A stretch of DNA of 30,779 nucleotides from positions 1 to 30,779 of the forward strand of contig JAXDQU010000076.1 of NCBI GenBank assembly GCA_034667685.1. Reading direction: 5' to 3'. Below are positions 24,181 through 30,779 of the stretch, in pieces (position 1 is the stretch's first letter; each line of letters starts with the position of its first letter). The notes beneath the pieces were generated by a model. That model saw only the letters and a list, made by a program, of their open reading frames with translations. It made no database searches and was not told the DNA's origin. Source of the DNA: Thermoplasmata archaeon. GTDB lineage: Archaea; Thermoplasmatota; SW-10-69-26; JACQPN01; JAJPHT01. Position numbers and translations under genes: made by a program.

Positions 24181-25503
24181 TCAGCGGACGTAGAACGTCG
24201 TGCTCAGGGTCTTCTCGCCCTCGGGGCACTTCATCGCGACGCTGAACGTCACGAGGTACGCGTCGCCGTCGACCGACTTGACGTCCCACTGGTTCGCGGC
24301 GGGCTGCGACACCATGGGGCCGATGCCGTCGTTGAGCGGCGGCACGTCGTGGCTCGTCGAGTAGGTCCACGAGACGCGCTCGATCGTGCACTGGCACGGC
24401 TTGAGCGCGATGTGCACGGTGCCCACGTAGCTCGGGTAGGCAGGGTCGGTCGGGTAGAGGCTGATGCCGACGGCGGGGACCGCCGTGGGCAGGCCCGTCT
24501 CGGCGGGCGTGAGCACGCAAGCGTTGACCGCGGCGGGGCCGATCAGGCCGGTGAGGCCCCCGAGGAGACTGCCCAGGCCCGTGGGGTCGGGGCCCAGCAG
24601 GTTGTCCGAGTCGATGGTGCCCGTGCAGAGGTCGACGGCCACGAGCGATTCCGCGTGGTCTCCGTCGCCGCCCAGCGTCACGGCGGGGTCCACCGTGCCG
24701 TCGGGCGAGAGGATCGCGGCGCGGCCCGACACGGCGAGCGCGGGGCTGCACGGATCGCCGGCTTCGCAGCCGCAGCGCGAGGCCCAGTCGACGCCGTACT
24801 TCACGAGGTTGACCGCGCTCGGGTTGCCATACGTCGCGTGGAAGTCGATGTCCGAGCCGCTCACGAAGACGCAGCCGGCACCGTAGTTGCCCGCGCGGTC
24901 GATGGACTCGTTCTTGTTGTTCACCGCCAGCGTGTGCGTCAGGTAGGCCGGCCACGAGACGAAGTAGTTGTGGTAGGAGTTGCCCCAGTTGGAGAGCGTG
25001 GCCGTGGTCTGGCCCGTCATGATGGGGTGGCCGGGGTCGGTGAGGGTCACGTCCTCGGCGTTGACGGCGACGATGGAGAAGGAGGAGCCCTGCGGGGCGA
25101 AGGCGTAGGCCGCCGCGCCCTGCGAGCTCTGCGAGCTCACGACGAGGCCGCCCCCGCCGCTGACGAACGCGTCGATCCACGCCGCCTTGGCGTTGAGCGC
25201 CGTCAGCTCCGAGGAGAGGGACGAGGCGGACCAGCCGACGTAGATGACCTGCCGGCCGCCGAAGGTGGCGGGCGTCACGAGCGAGGGCTTCACGAGGTCG
25301 AAGCAGTAGGGGCCCGTCGAGGCGGAGCAGGCCGGGATGCCGGCTGCGGCCAGGGAGTTGGGGACGTCCGTCGTGCCGGTGTCCATGGCGAGGATGAGGC
25401 CGGGCGAGGCCGCCGAGGCGGGGGCCGCGAGGAGCGCCAGGAGCAGCGGCGCCGTCATGATGCTGGCGAGGAAGAGCGAGGTCGTTCGGGCAGGATGTCG
25501 CAT
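24181..25503 (-). CDS. Secreted two-domain Cys-containing hypothetical protein
   Basis: Signal peptide ending APASA. N-domain with WIDAFVSGGGGLVV (class-I glutamine amidotransferase-like fold pattern) and a beta-rich C-domain. Confidence 0.82.
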   Translation of the reverse strand: MRHPARTTSLFLASIMTAPLLLALLAAPASAASPGLILAMDTGTTDVPNSLAAAGIPACSASTGPYCFDLVKPSLVTPATFGGRQVIYVGWSASSLSSELTALNAKAAWIDAFVSGGGGLVVSSQSSQGAAAYAFAPQGSSFSIVAVNAEDVTLTDPGHPIMTGQTTATLSNWGNSYHNYFVSWPAYLTHTLAVNNKNESIDRAGNYGAGCVFVSGSDIDFHATYGNPSAVNLVKYGVDWASRCGCEAGDPCSPALAVSGRAAILSPDGTVDPAVTLGGDGDHAESLVAVDLCTGTIDSDNLLGPDPTGLGSLLGGLTGLIGPAAVNACVLTPAETGLPTAVPAVGISLYPTDPAYPSYVGTVHIALKPCQCTIERVSWTYSTSHDVPPLNDGIGPMVSQPAANQWDVKSVDGDAYLVTFSVAMKCPEGEKTLSTTFYVR

Positions 25504-25585
25504 GGGTGTCACGTGGGCCTCCAAGGCCCGCCCTGAAGCAACACCGCGTGGCGATAACAGGTTGCAGGAACGAACTTGCAAGCCC

Positions 25586-25735
25586 TCAGGGACCAACGAA
25601 CTCGCGCACGAACCGCCGCGGCACGCCCTTGCCGCAGCGCGGGCAGGGCACGTCGTCGAGGAGCGTCTTGTACTGCTCCAGCATCATGCGCGGCAGCGGG
25701 GCGCCGCACCAGGGGCAGGGCGGGGCGTCGGGCAT
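25586..25735 (-). CDS. Small zinc-finger protein (49 aa, two CPxCG motifs)
   Basis: MPDAPPCPWCGAPL...VPCPRCGKG. ATG lies 5 nt after the upstream stop. Confidence 0.8.
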   Translation of the reverse strand: MPDAPPCPWCGAPLPRMMLEQYKTLLDDVPCPRCGKGVPRRFVREFVGP

Positions 25736-25740
25736 GCGGC

Positions 25741-26157
25741 TCAGGCCTCCGCGGCCTGCGGCTCCTCGCGCAGGCGGGCGAGGGGCACGTCGGCCGGGTC
25801 GAGGGTGCGGATGAAGTCGTGGCGCGTCGTCTTGGGCGGGTAGAGGTGCCCCTTCGCGGCGCGCGCCATCACCTCGTCCTTCGTGGGGACGGGCTCGTCC
25901 TCGCGCCACGCGCGGATGCCGATCGACGCGTCGCGGTAGTCGACGAGGACGGCGGGGACCAGGTGCGCGCCCAGCCGGCGCAGCGCCTCCAGGCGGTGGT
26001 GGCCGTCGATGACGGTGCCGGTCTCGCGGTCCGCGACGACGGCGTAGTCGACGAGGCCCGTGCGGCGGAAGCGCTCCACGAGCTCGACGACGCGCGCCTC
26101 GACATACTCCTCGTGCGCCTTCAGCCAGCCCAGCAGGACGAGCGCGTGGCGCGTCAC
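25741..26157 (-). CDS. ParB/sulfiredoxin-fold protein related to SerK/SbnI (single domain)
   Basis: LKAHEE, VIDGHHRLEAL, VLVDY, TKDEV, YPPKTTRH. GTGA overlap with the upstream gene. Confidence 0.85.
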   Translation of the reverse strand: MTRHALVLLGWLKAHEEYVEARVVELVERFRRTGLVDYAVVADRETGTVIDGHHRLEALRRLGAHLVPAVLVDYRDASIGIRAWREDEPVPTKDEVMARAAKGHLYPPKTTRHDFIRTLDPADVPLARLREEPQAAEA

Positions 26158-26753
26158 GGCGCCACCCTCCGCGTGTTCTGCAGGTGTGAGAGCAGGGGCG
26201 CGGCGCGGTGCGCCTGCACGAGGCAGAGCAGCGGCGCGCGGCCGTCGGTGAGCGCGCGGGTGAGGCGCCCCCAGGCGGCGTCGGCGTCCTCCTGCGCGCG
26301 CCAGACGTCGGCCTTGGCGAGCGCGTCGGCGAACGCGGGGCCGAACGATTTGATATCGACGGGCGCGACCGACGCGGCGGCCTTGCGCGCGCGGCGGCGG
26401 TCGAAGAAGCCCGGCTTGGGCGCGGTGGCGCGCAGCGGGATGGTGACGGCGCCGCGGTTGCGCGCGACGCGGGCCGCGACGAGGACCGGGTGCTCGCCGG
26501 GGAGCGCGTCCTTGGCGTAGCGGGCGACGACCTCGTCGTGGAAGAGCTGGTCGACGAACGACGGGACGAAGGCGGGCTTGGCCGCGCCCACGGCCTCGCG
26601 GAGGCGGAGCGCGTCGTCGGTGTCGAGGTCCATGAGCACGACCGCGGGGTCCAGCGCGCCCATCTCGCGCGCGACGCGGTCGCCCTCGCCCGGCAGGCCC
26701 GGCCAGACCGGCAGGACGTGGAGGCGCACGCCGCCCAGGTCCACCGTTTCCAT
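26154..26753 (-). CDS. Hypothetical protein (199 aa)
   Basis: ATG at 26753 about 25 nt downstream of GATTAAGAAT, host codon bias, translationally coupled to the next gene. Confidence 0.8.
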   Translation of the reverse strand: METVDLGGVRLHVLPVWPGLPGEGDRVAREMGALDPAVVLMDLDTDDALRLREAVGAAKPAFVPSFVDQLFHDEVVARYAKDALPGEHPVLVAARVARNRGAVTIPLRATAPKPGFFDRRRARKAAASVAPVDIKSFGPAFADALAKADVWRAQEDADAAWGRLTRALTDGRAPLLCLVQAHRAAPLLSHLQNTRRVAP

Positions 26754-26787
26754 GCGGAGCCATCCCGGCAAGGGATTCTTAATCGTT

Positions 26788-26993
26788 CTTGCTTGCGCCG
26801 CTCCTCTCGCTGCGTCGGCCTTCGGCCTCCTCGCTCGGGGCGGCGAGCGCGCGGCGCAAGCGCGACGCGAAACGCGTCGCGCGAGGCCGAACCGAGGTTC
26901 GGCCGAATGCGCGCCTCCGGCGCTTGTCTCCGCTCCGGCCCTTCGGGCCGGGCTGCGACCCTGCGCCGCGCGCACCGCTCGCTACGCTCGCTA
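26788..26993. repeat. REP-like cluster of very stable short hairpins
   Basis: GGCCTTCGGCC, GCGCGACGCGAAACGCGTCGCGC, GGCCGAACCGAGGTTCGGCC, CCGGCCCTTCGGGCCGG, ending in the stop-anchored repeat. Confidence 0.75.
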
Positions 26994-28130
26994 GCACAGA
27001 TACACGACAGTCGTGTCCGTCGCCGTGAGGTCGGGCGCGGGGACGTCGGGCGGCACGTAGACGCCCGGGTAGTGCGCGCCCACGGTGAGGATCTCCTGGA
27101 GGCACGTCTGGTTGGCGCGGACGTTGGGGACCTCGATCGGGGGCGTCAGGACGCCGAACCCGCCGTCGGACGCCGTGCGGCCGGCGAAGGGGGACGAGGC
27201 GAAGTGGGGCCACGTGAGCAGGTCGGTGGAGTTGTCCAGGGCCGTGCCGTTCCAGGGCTCGCCGGGCACCGCGGCGCCCAGGTTCGTGAGCCGCCCGGCG
27301 GCATGGACGCGCAGCGTGACCGGGAGGTTGTCGCCGCCCACGAAGGCGATGTCGTAGGGCGCGACGTTCACGCAAGCGCCCGCGTGGCAGACGTCGACGC
27401 TGCGGGCCGCGAGGGCGAGCGCGTCGGCCGCGGGGGGAAGCGCGGGGGTGACGGCGATCCACGGGCTGGACGCGCCGGCGCCGGCGAGGTTGACGCCGGT
27501 GACGCGGTAGGAGATCGCGACGCCGGGCGTCTGCGTGTCGCTGGCCGCGTGCACGAAGCCGTTGACCCGCGCGACGCGCGAGACCGTGCCGTCCGCCGCC
27601 ATGCGCTCGACGAGGTAGCTGTCGACGGGGCGCGCCTCGTCGGCGGGCGGCGCGGCCCAGCGGAGCCACGCGTCGCCCGTGTGCGGGCCGGGGCCGCCGG
27701 TGACGTTCTGCGGCGCGGCGGGCGGGAGGACGACGAGCACGTCGAGGACCTGGCTGCGCGCGACCGTCTCGCCGAGCGCGTCGGCGCGGGCGAGCAGGGC
27801 GTGGTGCCCGGCCTCGGCGACGGGGGGAAGCTGGAGCGCGTAGCGCCCCTGGCCGTCGGTCGTCGCGGTCGCCACGTCGCGGCCGTCGAGCGAGAGCGTG
27901 ATCGTCTGCGACTGGAGGGGCACGCCCAGGGGCGCGGCGGCCGGGCGCAGGTCGTACGCGCCCCACGCGGCGAGGCTCACGTTGGCCGGGACGCGCGCGT
28001 TCGCCACGAGGGAGAGCTCCAGGCCGGGCGTGGAGCCCACGGACGGGAGGGCGCCGAGGGCGAGCGGGGCGAGCGCGACGAGGACGAGGCCCAGCGCGAG
28101 GACGCGAGCGGACCTGCGGTGGGCAACCAT
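26991..28130 (-). CDS. Secreted protein with Ig-like and fibronectin type III domains
   Basis: Signal peptide, ATATTDGQGRY (Ig/carboxypeptidase-regulatory-like), PAAPQNV..LRWAAP..SYLVER..YRVTGVNLAGAG (Fn3). Confidence 0.85.
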   Translation of the reverse strand: MVAHRRSARVLALGLVLVALAPLALGALPSVGSTPGLELSLVANARVPANVSLAAWGAYDLRPAAAPLGVPLQSQTITLSLDGRDVATATTDGQGRYALQLPPVAEAGHHALLARADALGETVARSQVLDVLVVLPPAAPQNVTGGPGPHTGDAWLRWAAPPADEARPVDSYLVERMAADGTVSRVARVNGFVHAASDTQTPGVAISYRVTGVNLAGAGASSPWIAVTPALPPAADALALAARSVDVCHAGACVNVAPYDIAFVGGDNLPVTLRVHAAGRLTNLGAAVPGEPWNGTALDNSTDLLTWPHFASSPFAGRTASDGGFGVLTPPIEVPNVRANQTCLQEILTVGAHYPGVYVPPDVPAPDLTATDTTVVYLC

Positions 28131-28208
28131 GGCAACGCAGCCCGCCTCGCGACGCGGCACGAGATAAGGCGTCCGCTGTTTGCCGGGGGGTGACGCGTGG
28201 AACGGTGT

Positions 28209-28376
28209 TCAGCTCCAGGCGGAGAGCGGCACCTCGGGCCGGGGGGCGGGGGCGAGGTCCGGGTCCTCGTCGATCCAGGCGTACTTCTGGCGGCGGGAGC
28301 GGGGGAGGGCGGGCTCCGCCGCGGGGAAGAGGCCGGTGTGGAGGTCACGGAGGGTGGGGGCGCGGGTCGCTTGCAT
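28209..28376 (-). CDS. Small hypothetical protein (55 aa, alternative start at 28406)
   Basis: MQATRAPTLRDLHTGLFP...KYAWIDEDPDL, host-like codons, divergent from the regulator. Confidence 0.55.
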   Translation of the reverse strand: MQATRAPTLRDLHTGLFPAAEPALPRSRRQKYAWIDEDPDLAPAPRPEVPLSAWS

Positions 28377-28408
28377 GAGGAAGGACTCGCGTGGGGAGGC
28401 AATCATTC

Positions 28409-28431
28409 TGTTCACGTTCAAAAGGTGAACA
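28409..28431. promoter_or_regulatory. Inverted-repeat operator candidate TGTTCAC-N9-GTGAACA in a divergent promoter
   Basis: Perfect 7-bp arms in an AT-rich intergenic patch. The spacer contains TTTTGAA on the minus strand. Confidence 0.6.
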
Positions 28432-28462
28432 TTATTTGTAGCCGGAACAATGTGTAGACGGT

Positions 28463-29200
28463 GTGGAACAGGATCTCCGCATCCACGTCGCGGGCCAGGG
28501 CTTCGAGGTGCGGCGCATCGTGGACGCCGCGCTCCAGATGCGCGCCGACCGCGTCTACCTCGTGACCGACCCGCCGCGGCGCGAGATCCGCCCCTACCTG
28601 GACGCCGTGGTCCACGAGCTGAAGCAGGGGGGCGTCGAGGTCCGCGAGCGGCACTGCGCGGTCTGGGACCCCAACGTCGTCGTGGGCGAGATGGGGCGCA
28701 TCGCCGACGAGGAGAAGGGGAACCACCTCTACGTGAACCTCGGCACGGGACCCAAGACGTGCGCCATCGCCGGGACGCTCGCCGCCATGCTCTGGGGCTA
28801 TCAGGCCTACTACACGCGCGTTGACTATGGCGTGGACCCCGCGACGCTCGCGCTCAAGGACGACTGGCCCCTCAAGGAGGTCACGAGCATCCCGACCTTC
28901 CACCTGGAGCCGCCGGGCGGCGACGTGCTCGCGCTCCTGGAATTGCTCGCGGAGAAGAAGGGGCGCGCGGCGCGCAAGAAGGAGGTCGTGGAGCGCCTCA
29001 AGGAGCGTCGTCACCTGGAGGCCAACAAGAGCGCGCAGGCCGAGCAGAACGTCGCCGACCGCGTGCTGAAGCGCGCGCAGGAATGGGGCTTCGTCGACAG
29101 CGAGGGAGAGGGGCGCAAGCGCCGCCTCCGGCTCAACGCGCGCGGCGACGCCGGGCGCAAGATGTTCTCGCACCTCGCGACCATCAAGGCCGAGGAGTGA
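28463..29200 (+). CDS. DUF6293/HFX_2341-like transcriptional regulator (CARF-like N-domain plus winged HTH)
   Basis: RIHVAGQGFEVRRI..ADRVYLV, LYVNLGTGPKTCAIAG, C-terminal wHTH with wing EWGFV..EGRKRRLRLNARG. Confidence 0.8.
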   Translation: MEQDLRIHVAGQGFEVRRIVDAALQMRADRVYLVTDPPRREIRPYLDAVVHELKQGGVEVRERHCAVWDPNVVVGEMGRIADEEKGNHLYVNLGTGPKTCAIAGTLAAMLWGYQAYYTRVDYGVDPATLALKDDWPLKEVTSIPTFHLEPPGGDVLALLELLAEKKGRAARKKEVVERLKERRHLEANKSAQAEQNVADRVLKRAQEWGFVDSEGEGRKRRLRLNARGDAGRKMFSHLATIKAEE

Positions 29201-29324
29201 GCTCCACCCGGTCCTCCAGGATGGCCCGCACCGGCTCGCTCAGGTCGGACGGGAGCAGCCCGTAGACCTGCTCGTGCTTGATCGCGCGCTCGAGCTCCAG
29301 GATCGTGATATCAACGGTCCTCAA
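29184..29324 (-). pseudogene. Possible small ORF or gene remnant, 46 aa (MRTVDITILELERAIKHEQVYGLLPSDLSEPVRAILEDRVELTPRP)
   Basis: Hand-translated with coding-like GC3 bias. TTG start, and an upstream in-frame ATG is cut off by a TAG. Confidence 0.35.
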
Positions 29325-29404
29325 GACCCATCGCCGGAGCAGCTACGCACCCATGGTGCATATGATGTCGCCCGGCTGCCTTCGTTTGCTCGAAGGACAA
29401 ACGC

Positions 29405-29671
29405 CTACTTCGCGGCCCGGGCGACCGTCTCCAGGCCCGAGATGATGTTCCAGATCATCGTGCGGCCGTGGAGGGGGATGTTGGGGTCGTTGGCCAGCTC
29501 GTCGAGCACCGAGACGGCGCTCGCGATCCGGACGTCGAGCGCCTCGCCCTTGTTCAGGAGGTGCTTCTTGGCGCTGTCCGCCCCGCGGCGGATGTTCCGC
29601 GGCACGCTGGTGTCGTCGATGAGCTGATCCATGACGCTGGCCAGTTGCTGCAAGCGATCGTCCGCGGCCAT
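29405..29671 (-). CDS. UPF0147 family protein
   Basis: DTSVPRNIRR, LDELANDPNIPLHGRTMIWNIISGLE. RBS GAGGAGG. Confidence 0.93.
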   Translation of the reverse strand: MAADDRLQQLASVMDQLIDDTSVPRNIRRGADSAKKHLLNKGEALDVRIASAVSVLDELANDPNIPLHGRTMIWNIISGLETVARAAK

Positions 29672-29844
29672 GAGAGGGAACCTCCTCGGAAGGAGAAAAC
29701 CGGGCTCAGCCCGGGGCTGGGCGCCGAATGGACTTCTCCTACATAAGGATTCGGAGCGCTTCGGGGCTCCGGGTGCTGGGTCAGCGTCCCTCCGTCCGTC
29801 GTTATAGCTTGTGGTGCGACGTGCGGACCCGCCCCTGCCAACGG

Positions 29845-29933
29845 GGCTCTGGACTCAGGACTCGGGACTCAGGGCTCTGGACTCGGGACTCAAGGCTCCG
29901 GAGCCCCGAGCCCTGAGTCCTGAGCCCAGAGCC
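29845..29933. repeat. Palindromic element of 7-nt units
   Basis: About eight GG(A/G)CTC-type units followed by five inverted GAG(C/T)CC units. Confidence 0.9.
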
Positions 29934-29977
29934 TGCGGAAGCAAAGGCTCATCACGCATCGCCGTCTCGGTGCGACC

Positions 29978-30670
29978 GTGCCCCCGCTGCGCCTGACGGA
30001 GATCTTCCACTCTCTCCAGGGCGAGGGCTCGACGGTCGGCCTTCCGACCACGTTCGTCCGCCTCACGGGCTGCTCGCTGCGCTGCTCCTGGTGCGACACC
30101 ACGTACTCCTTCACCGGCGGCCAGGACTGGACGGTCCCGCAGGTCCTCGAACGGCTCGCGCCGATCGCCACGAAGCGCGTCTGCGTCACGGGCGGCGAGC
30201 CGCTCGACCAGTACGACGCGGCGATGGACCTCATGGAGACGCTGCTCGCGCGCGGCTACTTCGTCGTCCTGGAGACCAGCGGCAGCATCGACGTCGCCCG
30301 CGCCGACAAGCTGGCGCCCCGCGAGATGCTCCAGATCAGCCTGGACGTCAAGTGCCCCGCCAGCAACATGCAGAAGCGCAACCACCTCGCGAACCTCGCG
30401 CTCCTGCGCCCGCACGACCAGCTCAAGTTCGTGCTCAGCGACCGCCGCGACTACGACTTCGCCAAGGAGATCCTCGCCGCGCACCCCACGAAGGCGCAGG
30501 TCCTCTTCCAGCCGATGTGGCCCTCGCCGGACCCCGTGACCGACACGAAGCTCGTCGGCGACAAGGCCACGCTCGCGGCGGTCGCCGACTGGGTCCTCGC
30601 CGACGGCCTCGACGTCCGCGTCGGCACCCAGATGCACAAGGTCATCTGGGGCCACGAGAAGGGACGCTGA
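29978..30670 (+). CDS. queE: 7-carboxy-7-deazaguanine synthase (radical SAM)
   Basis: EIFHSLQGEG, FVRLTGCSLRCSWCDT (CxxxCxxC), VTGGEPL, LETSG, QMHKVIW. Confidence 0.93.
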   Translation: MPPLRLTEIFHSLQGEGSTVGLPTTFVRLTGCSLRCSWCDTTYSFTGGQDWTVPQVLERLAPIATKRVCVTGGEPLDQYDAAMDLMETLLARGYFVVLETSGSIDVARADKLAPREMLQISLDVKCPASNMQKRNHLANLALLRPHDQLKFVLSDRRDYDFAKEILAAHPTKAQVLFQPMWPSPDPVTDTKLVGDKATLAAVADWVLADGLDVRVGTQMHKVIWGHEKGR

Positions 30671-30688
30671 CGAAGGGAGGCGGTGGGT

Positions 30689-30779
<91 letters not shown>

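Noticed and set aside
5921-29933. CRISPR arrays
   Set aside because: Repeats are 6-9-nt tandem units in palindromes without unique spacers of constant length, and there are no cas genes.
29978-30670. queE as part of a 7-deazaguanine DNA-modification (dpd) defence cluster
   Set aside because: No dpdA/tgt-like or other cluster genes are visible. Archaeosine precursor synthesis is the simpler explanation, and downstream context is missing.

Overview
A very GC-rich (visually about 70%, not computed) archaeal chromosomal segment. RadA rather than RecA, archease, RPA, UPF0147, an A24 preflagellin/prepilin peptidase and a PGF-CTERM protein indicate an archaeon. A high-GC Thermoplasmatota-type lineage is my inference, since the proteins are not halophile-acidic. 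Housekeeping and repair genes (nnrD, HAD hydrolase, archease, rhodanese, radA, AlkD-like, dodecin, DsbA-like, SDR, rtcB, RPA, ParB/SerK-like, DUF6293-like regulator, UPF0147, queE) are interleaved with many uncharacterised secreted or surface-protein genes. The most striking observations are: (1) the last 71 bp of radA occur three times as direct, degenerate inverted and direct copies within about 240 bp, a switchable-hairpin or att-like structure; (2) a four-gene operon containing three paralogous lipoproteins that share a pilin/Ig-like domain lies divergent from a 1138-aa three-module S-layer-like protein, a candidate new surface-filament or envelope system; (3) intergenic palindromes are built from short tandem units with periods of 6, 7, 8 and 9 nt; (4) a multi-hairpin candidate ncRNA lies next to an unannotated 54-aa ORF; (5) a CARF-like/wHTH regulator has an adjacent inverted-repeat operator. 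I found no rRNA, tRNA, CRISPR array, integrase or transposase. The terminal poly-G is most likely a sequencing artefact. All family calls are by eye from motifs and were not checked against any database.
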